DNA of 64,000 bases from contig JAAOMT010000226.1 in NCBI GenBank assembly GCA_016748015.1, forward strand, positions 1,160,604 through 1,224,603, read 5' to 3'. The notes beneath the pieces were generated by a model. That model did no database searches. It was not told the DNA's origin and saw only the letters and a program-made list of their open reading frames with translations. A program made the translations under genes and the position numbers. This document shows, piece after piece, positions 50,601 through 64,000 of the stretch (position 1 is the stretch's first letter; each line of letters opens with the position of its first letter). This stretch comes from Geosiphon pyriformis uo1 (Eukaryota; Fungi; Glomeromycota).

Positions 50601-53600
50601 TAAAACCTGAATTTCCAGAACTATTTAAGTCTCTTAGTTATTTCAAAAAACACTTAATTCAACAATCTGAAACTACTAATCCAACCACTTACTAACAACA
50701 TCCCACCAGCAACTATTACAGAAAATGAATTACTTGTTATCATATTCTTTTTCAAATTAAAAAAGTCAACAACAATATTTCTATTTAATAGAGCTGCTTT
50801 TAACACCAAACCAATTACTACTATGTATATTAATGCTAAAGTTAATGGCTAATCTATCAAATTTATTCTTGATAATAAATCAGCAGACATTATTATTACA
50901 TAATAACTTATAAACCAATTAGATTACCAAGTTAATTAAGCTGTTAGCACCAAAATTATTATTGCTAATAAAATAATAAAAACTTCTATTAGCAAAAGAT
51001 AACTTCTTATTCAAATCAATAACATTATTACAACCATCAAAGTTTTAATAATGAAAGCCATATAGTACTAAGCTTTTATTAGTAATGATTGGCTGTTCAA
51101 AACTAATATTATACTTAATTGGAACATCCAAGAGCTCTAGCTAATATTTGATAGTCAGCATACTTGAATATCTGTTATCTGTAGTTATTTTAAAGCTCTT
51201 TTAAAAAAGCACCCATTGATTAAGCTAAAAAAAAAAGGAAAAAAAATCTACTTAAGAAACCTATCAAATTTTATAGACTGAAAATAATTACAATAAACTA
51301 CCATCAATATTTTTTTAAAATAACAAGAAAAAAGGAAAGAAAGATAATAAATCTTAAAATACTATTGTTACAAAAAAAACATCTAATGGTTGGCATATCT
51401 TATACTTAACATCAGAACCAAGAAAACAACTATTTTATATTCTGCTTAAATACAAAAACTACAAGAAAAAGCTTTTATTTATGAGAGCTTGGATTTTGCT
51501 TAAAAAAACTATAAAATACATATTTATTACTATTGCAAATTGTGTTACTGAGAATGCTTTAGATACTTAAAATAACAGAAAAAATATAATAACAAATTAT
51601 GTTTCACTTGTAAAGAAACACTATTCAATAAAATAATATAAAATAATATTTCTAATTATAGAAGAATATATAATGTATTATATCAATACACAATTCTTAT
51701 TAATAACTGGATAAGCTAAAAAACATCTTTTAACACTGCATAAAACCAAGCACTTTCACATTTGAATGATTATTTACATGATGAAAATAAAATCTGGTAA
51801 ATAGCAAGTGCCAAAATTGAAGGTATTTTACTTAGTGAAATACTTACAATTAAAAACAATCCACCAGAATTTGTTAAAACCATTTTTATTTCAAACTCAA
51901 CTATTTTTGTTAATATTATAAGTAATTTAAAACAATTTCATAAATACTATCAAGATTTAATACCTATTTGAAAAAAACAAAAACAGTATTTAAAACAGTT
52001 AAACATTAAATTCTATAAATATTGCTTAATTCTTAATAACTTCAAATATTGTGATAATTGTAACTTTATTTACAATTTACTATCATACATAATCTATTTA
52101 ATTTCTGAAAAAAAAAACCAATCAGCAGCTGTGCTTTAGAATTAGAATCAAACTTTAATCATAATTTAGATTTTGATAATAATAATAACAATAATTTTAA
52201 TACTGTTTATATGAACAATAATAATAACAATAATTCAAACTTTAATTCCAACTTTGCACAATATATTGTGCTTTTAGATTTTTTAATAAAACAGAAACTT
52301 AAATGGTTTAGCAATAATGATAAAAATATTATACCAAAATACATACATAATATTAATATATAGTTTGATTTTAGATATTTAAAAAAAACTATCATATAAT
52401 TAAAAACTTATTTATTTACCAACATAAATTTAAAATTAGTATTGAAAATTTTAATAACAACAATAATTTAATTAGCATTTAAATTTAGTTTAACAAAAAA
52501 AAATTAATATTTGAAAAGAAATAATTGATGTAAAATATATAGAAAATATTATTGCAATACTATAAAAAAAATCAAAAAAGACCTATATTATTAAACCAAA
52601 TGAAAAAATAATACAGGCAATATTTCTATCTTTAGTAAAAATAGTTCAATTAGTATCAATGAAAACAAGAAAAAAATTAAAGATAACAGCAAAAAAAACA
52701 AAAAAATTTAGATTTACAAGTAGAATAAAAATATCAATTAATATAGCAAAAAAAAACAATTAATAAAAGAAAAATTATTTTTATCTATTAATCAATTTTT
52801 ATTTTGTTATATAATCAGTGTTACTCATAAAATATAGGAAATATATTAGCATATAAGTTAGCTAATCAGAAGTAGCCATAGTAAATGTGGAATTCTAGAA
52901 TTCCTTTCAAAGGAATTGCAGGATTCCAGGAATTTCAGGATTCTTATACAAAAAATTATAGAATTCTACTCAAAAGAATTGCAAAATTCCTGGTGTAAAG
53001 AATTGAGGAATTGAGGAATCTCAATTATGTATATATAGTGGTAATGTTAAAAGTAAAAAAGACAGATCTCTCAGTTTAGATTTGATCTAAGCAACCTTCT
53101 ACATCACAAATATCAATAAATAATTATTCATTATTTTAATCCACTCTCCACTATCAACACTTTATGTTGATAATAATTGATACTTAAACACACTGGAACA
53201 ATAGCTCTTGATCACGGCTATTGACAGGATACTAACATTTATTACTTTGGCTCATTTTTTTTTTTCTTTATTTTTTTTTATTTTTTTTATTTTTTTTTAT
53301 TTTCTTTTATTATTTCTTTTTTATTTACTAATTAATTAAGAATTAAGTGCTGAATTATTAATGTCAAGGATTGCCTGGTAAAAAACTCCTGTAAGTGAGT
53401 AGAGCATGTAAAGGAATTATGGATTACTTATTAGAGAAGTACTGGCCATCAAGCTGAAGAAAGAAATTAACAGAATTGTGATTCTGGGAAGCTATGGATA
53501 AACAACTATTGAATCTCTGTCTATTATACAAAAGACTTAAACAAAAACCTTCAGATACCAATATCTTCAGATTACCATTATTGCAAATAGCTTCTGAGTA

Positions 53601-56600
53601 CCAAGTTATGGATTTGTTATTTGATTTGAGATCCCAAATAATTACTTGTAACACCAGTATATATTAACTATAGAGAGAAAAGTGAAAGATCAACTTCAGA
53701 TTTTTAAAGTAGACTCTACTATTTGTAAATCAAAAAAAATTGTCATTACCAATTTTTATATACTAGCCAAAAACCATAAACATATCAAAATTTCAATACA
53801 CAACACAATTAAAGATCTAATAAAAATACCAAATGGAACTAACATCAAATACTTAAGCACTAAAGTTGAAAATCAAGTATTAATTACTATTTTAAACTTT
53901 TCACAACTGTGTAAATATATGAACATCATATTATAAACAATTTACAAACAAAAAAAATATTATTTGCTATAATTTAAATAATTGAAGCAAATAAACTTAA
54001 AAAATTTAGATTCACTTTAATGTATACAACTTACTACTTAAAAATTTTATCAACATTTTTGCAAGTAAAAATGAATTTGGCAAAACTGATATTATTTAGC
54101 ATCAAATTAAAATTAAAAATATAATACCAATCAAGCAAAGAGCATATTAAGTATTATTTGTTAGTTATAAAATCATTTGTCAAAAAATTAACCATATGTT
54201 AAACAATAAATTAATTCAATTATCAATGAATCTATAATTATTATTAGTAGTACTTATTCAGAAAAAAAATAAAAAGATCTATTTTTGTGTAGATTATAAA
54301 AAACTCAACAATATTACTTATAAAAACAGTTATTCAACTCCATAAATCTAAAAACTATTCGATGCTTTTAGAGAAAAAAAATGGTTTTTAATATTAAATT
54401 TAGATAATAATTACTAACAAGTAGCCATGAATTCACTTAACAAGAAAAAAATAGTATTTACCACAAAAAAAGTGAACTTTGAATTTAATGTTATGTCTTT
54501 TGGCTTAACCAATACTCCAGCTATCTTTCAATAATTAATAAAAATTGTCTACACTGGATTATTATGAAAATCAGTAATAATCTACTTGAATAATACCAAT
54601 GTATTTTCTAAAACTTTTAATAACTATCTTCATTATCTTCAACAAATGTTTAAAAAATTAAAAAAAGCCAGATTAAAATTAAATACTATCAAATACTTCT
54701 TTGGAAAAACAAAATTCAAGTTTTTGAGACATATTATAAGCAAAGATAATATTAAAACAGATCCAGACAAAATTGAAATAGTTAAGAACTTTCTAGTATT
54801 AATAAACTTAACAAAACTAAAAACATTCTTGGAATTTGCTAAATACTATTGCTGTTTTATCCAAAATTTCTTCAAACTGGCTTAATTATTTTACCAGCTT
54901 TAAGCAAAAAACATTAAATATAAATGAACAGAAAATTAATAAGAAGTTTTTAACATATTAAAAAAAAAGCTTATTCAAGCTCTAGTATTAATCTATTTAC
55001 ACAACAAATTATTTATTATTACTACTAATACATCCAGTTAAGTCTTAAAAACAGTATTATTACAAAAAAAAACTAATGAATGAGAATATTTAGTGGTATA
55101 TGCCAACTGAAGTTTAAGTTTAGCTAAAAAAAATTATAAAACTTTAGCACTAAAACACTTAGCTATCTATTGAACTATTATTAAATAAAAAGAATACTTA
55201 AGTCAAAAATTTAATATATATATTAATTACAAAGAGTTGACATTAATTTAAAAACAAAAATTTGAAGATAATTGTTATATAAGATAAAAAATAGAACTAT
55301 TAATATTTAATTATATAGTACATTATAAAAAAGAAAAAAAAATAGAAATACTAATGATTTGTTACAAATAAAACAAATTTAAAAACATTTTAACTTAAAA
55401 ATATAACAAAAAATAAATACACAAAAATATCAACAACTTCAATATTATATTAATACTCAATAATTCAAGAAAAAATTATCTCAAAAAAAACAAAACAATA
55501 TAAAACAATAATCAAAATACTTTATTACTTATAAAAATATATTATATTGAAAAAACAAAAAAAATTCAGAACAGCCATTCAAAATAATCATAGAATCAGA
55601 AAAAAAACAATACTATTCAATATGAATTCAATAGCAAAATATTTTCATAAAGAAGTAATTATGGAAAAAACCAGAAAAAAATATTATTGGCCATTAATAT
55701 ATCCAGATATTATTTAATACATTCAAAATTGTAATGCTTATTAAAGAAAAAAAAACAAAACTCAGTGAATTACTAAGACCAATTAAAGTGGAACAACTAT
55801 TTGATCAAATTAAAATTGACTTAGTTAGACTATTAACTATAATTAGTAAAGACAATTAATACATAACAGTAATTATAAATTATCTTACAAAATAACCAAA
55901 AACCAAAGCAATTCTAAGAGCAAATGCAGAATTTGTAGCCAAATTTATATATTAAAATTTGATTTATCAATATGAATGTCTAAAAAAATTGTTATTAAAC
56001 CAAAGAACTTACTTTGTAAACAAAATATTGACAGAATTAAATCAAAAATTTAGAGTTAAGAGACTATTATTATCATCATATTACTTATAAACAAATAGTT
56101 TAATTAAAAAATTCAATGAAACATTGTGTAAAACAATAGCCAAAATTAGCCAAAAAAACCAAAATAAATAAAATTTATTTATATTATTAATATTATTTGC
56201 TTATTAGACAATAAAACAAGATACTACATAAACAATATTATTTGAACTAGTTTATAGTAAAACAGCAATATTATCAGTTGAAATAGAATCAATACATATC
56301 TAATTGAACCAATAACAGAAGCCAATTTTTAAAAAATATTGTTAAGAAAAACATATGACTTAATAAAAACTTTAGAAAACAAAAAATAAAAAACAGCTGA
56401 TAATATACAAAAGTCACAAGAAAAACAAAAAATATAATATAATAACCAGTTATCAAATAAACCAACCAAATTCAAAATTGGAAACAAAATACTTTTATAT
56501 TATACCAAAGTAAAAAAATTATAAAGTAGAAAGTTTGATTTTAAATAGAATAGTCTATTTTATATTAAAGAAATTTAAGATAAAACAATAAAATCTTAGC

Positions 56601-58244
56601 TAAAGCAGTATATAAGAATCAATTGAAATTATACTACAATATAGTATTATTATTTACCAGTAATATTTCACAACTGAAAATACAACAAATATTAGTTTAA
56701 TTAGATAAGATTTCATGAAATTTGGAACCAATTATTATTATTGACACAAACACATTAAATTAATCTATTAGAACAATATATAAAAAACCAATACATGTAA
56801 CAAAAATAACAAAAAAGATGGAAATTACAAACAATATTCATTTCTTAGTTTAACAATTATTTCAATTCATTAAACATTAAAAATTAAACATAGAAATTAC
56901 AATTAATCAACAGATTATTCAAAACAAAAACACATAAAAAAACCAAAACTCTAATATAAAATACAATTTAAGATACATATAAAGCTTAATAACATAATAG
57001 ATAATATAATAGCAAAAGTAAAAATGTTATTAGAAATACTAAAAACAATAGTATTATATAAAAAGTTAATAAAAAAAAATTGAAAATGTTAAACACAATA
57101 ATTTCTTGAAAATTTTTGTTATTACTATTTGAAATAAAAGCTCAATATTCAGAACTTGTATACAAGTAAAACAAAACAAATATTTGACATGACAATATTA
57201 CAATAAATAGAACAATTTATGAGAAAAAACAATCTATTTACACAGATACAAACAATATATTAGTAATAAACAGGATTTTATGACTGTTTAGAAATACTGC
57301 TATATCTAATAATAAACACAGTAATTATAAATTAATTGGAAAAAATCACTAATATTTAATTTAAAAAATTATAAACCAAAATTGCTCAAGTAATTTTAGA
57401 GAAAAAAATAGTGAAATTAATTTAAAAGAGAAATTTAGAAAAGTTAAGAGATTTGGAAAATCTAAATGAAGCTTAATATTAAAAAAAATATATATTATTA
57501 TTTATAAAAATAGAAATCATAATAGATAAAAAAATAGCTAATAAGAAAGAAACATAATAAAAAAGAAATTTCAGAATCTTTTTTAAAAAATTGCAAAATT
57601 GCAGAATTTTTTTCAAAAAAATTGAAAAATTTCAAGAAATTTTGTATAACATGAATTATGTATATATACTAAGAGCATTAAAAACAAAAAAAGTATTCAG
57701 AATAGGAAGAACAATAGCTAAAAATAAGTAATTATTCAATACTTTTCTCTTCAAAAAATAGTTTTTTATAATTTGATTAAAAATATTAATTACTTTCTTA
57801 CTATTAATAACTAATGTTGATAAAATCTAATACTTAATTATACTAGACTAATAGCTCTTAATTATGGCTATTGACAGAATACTAATTTCTTATTTTCTTT
57901 TTTTATTTTCTTTTATTTTGTTTTTTTTGTTGTTTACTAATTAATTAAAAAAATTAAGTACTAAATAATTGACATTAAAAATAGTTTGATAAAAAACTTG
58001 TAAAACAAGAATAAAAAACTTAAGAATAGCTTATCAAAAAAATACAACTGTCAGATTAAATTAGCTACTATATTAAAAATAGAAATTAAAGAAAACAAAA
58101 ATTAAATTTCTGTTTATTATACAAAAAACTCAACCAAAACTTTCAAAGTACAAAATCTTTAGAAATTATCATCATTAATAGCTATTAAGCACCAAGTTAC
58201 AGATTTGTTATTTTTTTTAATACTTTAAATAGTTACTTGTAATA
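47689..58244 (+). mobile_element. Ty3/Gypsy LTR retrotransposon D (A-related, heavily decayed; hosts solo LTR G)
   Basis: LTRs 47689-48508 and 57496-58244. TSD TCAA/TTAG. PBS TAGTACTCTC at 48511. Capsid MAYVPITKLKKFT (~49427). PR ~50860, dUTPase ~52330-52720, RT/RH to TAA 55380-55382, IN 55413-56763, ORF3 from ATG 56818. Confidence 0.92.
52819..53653 (+). mobile_element. Solo LTR G (A family)
   Basis: TGTTAC...GTAACA; aligns with the A LTRs. TSD TCAG/CCAG. Removing it restores YNQYILTIERKVKDQ in D. Confidence 0.95.
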
Positions 58245-60378
58245 TTAGCTTAATATTATGTTTTAAAAAAAGAATTAAATCTTACTTAAAACACAAAAAA
58301 CAGAATAAAATAAACCAATAATTAATCAAAACTATTATATCAAAATTAAACCAGAATTTTTTTAATTAATTATTAAAAATTTAGTTTTTAAATATTTAAT
58401 TTACAAAATAAAATAAAAATAAAAAAGTTATTAAAAATTTAAAAAATAATAAAAAAAAAAAATGTAAAAAAAACTTATTATTTGTTATAACATAATTGGC
58501 TTAATATAAATTAAAAATAATTAAATAGGTAAAAAAACTTTTTTTTTATAATTTTATAATTATAATTAAAGCAAAGAATAAAAAAGTTTAAATATTATTT
58601 TTTCTATAATAATTAATAAAATTTTAACAAAAAAGAGTTTTTCTATTGTTAAACCAATTAAATAAAACATTTTAATAATATTTTTTTAAATATTGATAGT
58701 AAAAAACTATTTTTAATAATTTTTAAAGCATTTTTTTTATTTTTAGCTGGTGGTTTTTTTTAGTTAAACTTTTTTTAAAAAACACACAAATTAGTTTTAG
58801 TGTTGTTTTTATTTTTTCTAAAAATCTTAAAATTTTTAATAATAGATTAATAAACAAGTTAGTTTTTTTTGTTTTTATTATTAATAATAATATTATTATT
58901 TTACAAATAATTAAAAAAGCCAAAAACTCCAAAAAATATTAATAATTATTTGTATTTATTATTGTTATATTAAATTCTTTTGTGGTTTCAAATAAGATCT
59001 TAAATAAAATTTTTTTAACAATAACCAGTTTTTTCTAATATAAACAATAACAATAACATTCTGTTTTTTAAGATAAATTAAAATTAATTATTAGTTATAT
59101 TGTCAAAAGTAGTGTTTTTTAACAAATTATTACTAGTTTTAAAAGTTAAACAATTTATTGCATTATTTGATCTTAAAAATTGGGCCAATTAAATAAAAAC
59201 AAAATTATTATTATTTTTTTTGTTTTCTGATATTGTCTTTAGTAATATCTAAAAAACAATTTTTATTGTTAAAGATTTTCTAAGTAAATAGTTTTTATTT
59301 TAATGTTTAATACTATATTTAAAATTAAATTGTTCTTAATTAATTCTCTGTTTTATTTGCAGTTTGGCTTTGTTAAGCTTAGGTTAATTTCAAAAAACAA
59401 TATTAAGTTGTTTTATGTAAATTTTGCTTTTAAAATTTTTTTGGTTATTGTTATTAAAGTTTTTATTGATAGTTTTTTTTGATTATACTTAAGATTGCAA
59501 AATTTTTTGTAATAATTTTTGTTTTTTTTTCATTTTGTTATATTTTATAATGTTTTTTTTAACATATTTTTTAATAATATTAAAAGTATTCTTGGTGTTT
59601 TTGGTATTATTATTTTAATTAAATTAAAGTTTGTTGGTTTGTAATAATATATTATTGTGGTTTTTAAAGCTTTTTTTTGTTGTTGTTGTTTTTAATAACT
59701 GGTTTGTTTTGATTAAAAAACAATATTTGGATTTTTTTTTAATCAAAAAAAATTATTATCTTATATAATTTTTTTAAAATTAAATTAATTAGTTTTTTTT
59801 TAGCTATATTGTTTTCAAAATTAATAATCATACTTGTTTTATTTTTTTAAGTCTTATTGTTATTAATATTTTGTTATTATTATATTTAAGTTTTATAATT
59901 ATTAAATTTTGTTGTTATAAAAATTAATATGCTATACAAGTATTATATCTGGTAAAAAACTTTTGAATGTTATTGAATTATTTGTTTAAAGATTACAAGA
60001 TATTACTATTTTTTTTTTTATTGGTTTCAAGTTTTTTGTTTTATTTTTAATTAATAAATGGTCTTATATTGAGACATTTATTTCTTTGATTTTCTTTTAT
60101 GTTGTTTTTTTGGTTATTTTTGTTGTTAATTCTAAGTTTAATTTTAAGTTTAATTTTTTTAAATCACAGATTAAAAGTTTGGTTAATTTGATAAAATTTA
60201 TTATTAAATTTATTAGTTTCTTAATTATTTAATTATTTTTTTTTGTTTGAAAATATATATAAGAATTATAAAGTAAAATAAGACTTGCTTATTATAGTTA
60301 ATATTTTTAAGATTTTGCTATTTTTTTAGTTGATGTGTTTAAAAACTTTGTTAATTTTAAAGCTAAAATTGAATTTAA

Positions 60379-61374
60379 TATGATTAGAGATTTTTTTACT
60401 CTTTTTTAAATATTGTTAATACTATTTTACTATTAACTCTATTATTTATTAAAATCTAATAAATTTTTAATAAATTAATTTATCTTTTAAAGTATCTTTT
60501 ATATTTTAGACTGTATATATTATTGGGTTTATGATAGAATGACTAATTTTGTGTCAATTATTTTGTATAGTTATTTTGCAATAAAAATTAACTTTTTTAC
60601 AAAAAATTTTTATTTATAAGCTTTTCAAATAATGTGTAATTATTTTGCTATAAAAGTCGACTTTTTTATAGAAAATTTCGACTATAAGCTACTTAATGAA
60701 TATAAATAAAAATAAAAAAACAAAGAAAAAAAAGAAATAAAAATGTTATTTTGAATTCAAGCTTAAAAGTTATTAACAATTACTAAAATTAGTAGCTTGT
60801 CAATTTCAAAACATTAGTATAGAATAATTAATTTTAAAGCAATAGTAATTAAAAATTGGGTTTTTAAAATAAGTTTATTGAATTAATTTGTAAAAAAAAT
60901 GATTTTAAACTGAGATTTTATTTTAAATAAAATTTTAAGTAAGATATTATTCTAAGATATATTTTTTTGAATAAAAAAGCTTTTTTTTATACAATTTATT
61001 ATAATATTATTCTATAATTTAACACTTTTTTTTTCTAATATTTTAGCAAATTAAATATATATTTTGTTAAACTACAAATTATTTTTATAAATTATAAGTT
61101 ATTTTGGTAAATTATTAAATATTTTATCAAATTTCTAAATATTTTGGTAAATTTTAAATATTACATAGTTTAATATATTACATAATTTGATTATTATAAT
61201 TTGATTATATTTGTATTTTGTTCAAATCAAGTAATTAATTAAATAATAATTCGGATAATTTAATAAGATAATAAATAATAAATTAAAATAATAATATATA
61301 CTAATTGAAATAGAAATAATAAGAATAATTTTATGCTAAATAATTATTGATAATAATATGTTAAGAGCATAATA
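60379..61374 (-). repeat. Degraded LTR of the B family (probably a solo LTR)
   Basis: 60379-60750 aligns with the reverse complement of the B LTR U5 (e.g. TTTGCTATAAAAGTCGAC...TAAGCTAC vs TTTGCTGTGAAAGTCAAC...TAGGCTAC). Ends approximate; no TSD recognised. Confidence 0.7.
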
Positions 61375-64000
61375 TTTTGAATATTATTAGTTGTTATAAA
61401 ACATAATATATTTTTTATATATTTAATTTGTTTTAACTATTAAATTTGAGTTTTTTTGGAAAGATAAACATAACTTAAAATTAAATAATAAAGTTCAACT
61501 TTATTTTCATAGTTAAATTTAGTTAATTTCATTAAGTAGTAATTGTTTTGTTTTTTGTTTTGTTTTAATTAACCAAATTATTTTTAATAATAAGTTTTAT
61601 AATAATAGCAAATATAAGTTTTATCTTTTTTTTAGATAATATACAAGCTCTTATAAATAAAAATTTTTTATTGTAATTTTTGTATTTTAGTAAAATATAA
61701 GCTGGTTGTTTTTTTTGATTATAATTTTAATTAAGAAACATATTAGCTACTAGTTTGTTTATTGTTAATTATTACTAATAAAAATTGTTAATTGAAATTT
61801 TTGGACCATAATAATATTAATTATAATACAAATTGTTTAAATAGTTGTTGTTTAATTTCTTTAGTTCAATTAAACCAAAAATTAAGAACTATATAAGTCT
61901 TAGTAATTGGTTTTTTTTTTTTAAAAAAATCAAAAATTTGGGTTTTTTTTAAATTGTTTATTAAAAATATTATAAATAACAGATAGTTTAATATATTGTT
62001 CTTAATAAAAAATTTCAAGTTTTTGGGTTTTTCAGTTTAAATTTGTATTGGTTTTAAAAAATTAATTGTTTTTAACAAGAGTTTAATATTGGAATACATT
62101 TATAATAAAGATTTTAATTAAAATAATAATTATATTAATTATAAAAAAAAATTGTTAATTTTTTTTATAGAAGTTTTTTTTATTCTATTAGCAATAACAA
62201 TTATTGTTTAAACTAATTTGTCAATATTTTATTTTAACTTTTACATCAATTAATAAATAATAATACTTTTAGTAAAATAAATTTTTCTTTGACTTTTACT
62301 TCTATGTACATAATAATAATTGCTTTTTTGTTTAAAAATAATTGTATTACTAAGTAAAAATGGAAATTTATTGGCTTTAAATTCGAATAAAAATATATTT
62401 AAAATATTGGTATTTTTAGTTATTTTGGTTAATAAAATTGTTATGTTATTGTAAAAAAATTTTTGCTATTGTATTGTAATTCTATTTTTTAAGAATACAA
62501 TTTGGTAAAAATTTTGATTTTCTGATATTGTAAGATAACTGAATTAAATATAGAAGTGTTTTGATAATTGTTAATTATTATTATAAAACACTAATTAATT
62601 GTTAAAACCAATTTGGTTATTATTTAATTAAAAACAATTTTGCAGTATAAATTAATTGAATTGGATTAATTTTTTTGTTAATAATTAATAATTTAATATT
62701 AAAGATAACTGATATTGTTGTTATTAAAATTGGAATAAAACATATTAATAGTAATTAAACTAAAGTCTTAAAAAATAATAAGTAAATAGTAATAGTAATA
62801 AATAATATAATTGCTACTATTAGAGAAAATAATATTGATTATTCTGTTTTTGTTAATTTTTTGGCATTTTTCGACAATTATATTACCAGTGTTCTAAAAT
62901 TCCACAATAATAACAATTTAAATTTGGTAATTGATTGTTGTTAAATAATAGTAAAATATTATTTAAATTTTATTATTATAATAGTTAATACTTTTGTTGT
63001 TAATTAACAAATTTGGTTTAGTTTGTTTCTTTTATAGTTATTTTATAATTTTTAATATATTAAATAATAGTAGTTAAATTTGCTAAAATATATTCTTAAT
63101 AAATTTATTTTTAAGTTTAATAATAAATTAATTCAAAATTTAAATATTAAAATAATAAGTATTTGTTTTTAATTGGCAAATTTTTTTGAAAAGTTTGTTG
63201 AATTTTTCAATATAAGCTATAACAGATTTAGATAATTTTTGTTTAATGTTTTAAAAATAATTGCAGAAAATAATTAAGATATTGTTATTTGTAAATTGCT
63301 TAAAAAAGGCAATTTTAAAGATTTGTTAATCTGTAAAAAAATTTTCTAAGTTTTTAAATTATTTGTTTACAATTTTTTAAAAAGATAAGAAATTATTTTT
63401 AATATTTTTGCTGTAGTTTATTCATTTGTATTTTTTGTTTTGATAACTTAATTAAACTATTCTTAAAAACTAATTTCAATGTTTTTTTCAAAAAAATCAG
63501 AAATTTTTGTAATATAAGTAGTGACTATTTTTTTGTTATTTTTTTTATTGTCTGTAATTTTTCTTTATTTTTATTTTTTTTCTAATAAATTCAGAAATGT
63601 TTTTTTTGTTGGCTAAAATTTCTAAATATTTATTTTAATTATCTGTTAAATAATTAAGAAAATTAATATTTGTATAAATTAGCTTTAACTATTAAATAAG
63701 ATTTTTTGTAAAGTTTTTTAGTCTTGAAAATTAATTAAGAAATAAATTAGATGTTTGTATTTAAACAAATAAATTTGAAAATAGAATAATTAAAAATAAT
63801 AATTTAATATTTGTTCTTTATTTAAATGTTTATAAGTATTTAGTTGTTATTTTTAGTTAAATTAGTCTGGTATTTCTTTTTTGTTTTTTTTTGCTACTTG
63901 TTTCTAGTTTTAATTTTAGTTCAAAAATAAATTGTAAATTAGCAAAATATTTTTTTTACAAAACTTAATCATATTATAATCAAGTTTTTAGAAATAAGTA
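61375..64000 (-). mobile_element. Highly degraded B-related Gypsy gag-protease relic, continuing beyond the window and probably also into ~58300-60378
   Basis: ~62310-62150 reads MYIEVKVKEK...TIIVIANRIKKTSIKKINN, matching the B protease (MYIEAEVERK...TVIITADDMKKTPVGEIDN). A capsid-like relic lies upstream. Confidence 0.65.

Noticed and set aside
58250-60378. A distinct RT or host gene in the AT-rich segment after D
   Set aside because: Too degraded for any motif to be read reliably; likely a continuation of the minus-strand retroelement relic.

Overview
Eukaryotic, very AT-rich, repeat-dominated DNA. The TE proteins and the P450 look like a Glomeromycota/Mucoromycota fungus; they resemble Geosiphon-type sequences from my recollection, which is not verified. 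Roughly 85% of the window is nested, decayed transposons. There are four two-LTR Ty3/Gypsy elements: C (-, 4268-35219), A (+, 7844-26964, inside C), B (+, 11944-21751, inside A) and D (+, 47689-58244). There is also the 5' end of a fifth element (E, -, 1-2960), two solo LTRs, one more degraded Gypsy relic, two RNase H-bearing LINE relics and a non-autonomous hAT element. Only one intact host gene is present, a three-exon cytochrome P450 (-, 44744-46527). Comparing the Gypsy copies reveals an unusual shared architecture. ORF1 (Gag-PR-Cys-rich domain-dUTPase-RT-RNase H) stops at the same codon in all four copies. Integrase is a separate ORF with its own start, followed by a conserved non-env ORF3. 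Gag has a long AUG-depleted N-terminal extension apparently starting at GUG. Insertions make 4-bp target duplications. Repeats are eroded almost only by C>T/G>A transitions, while the P450 island is spared. All alignments and counts were done by eye.
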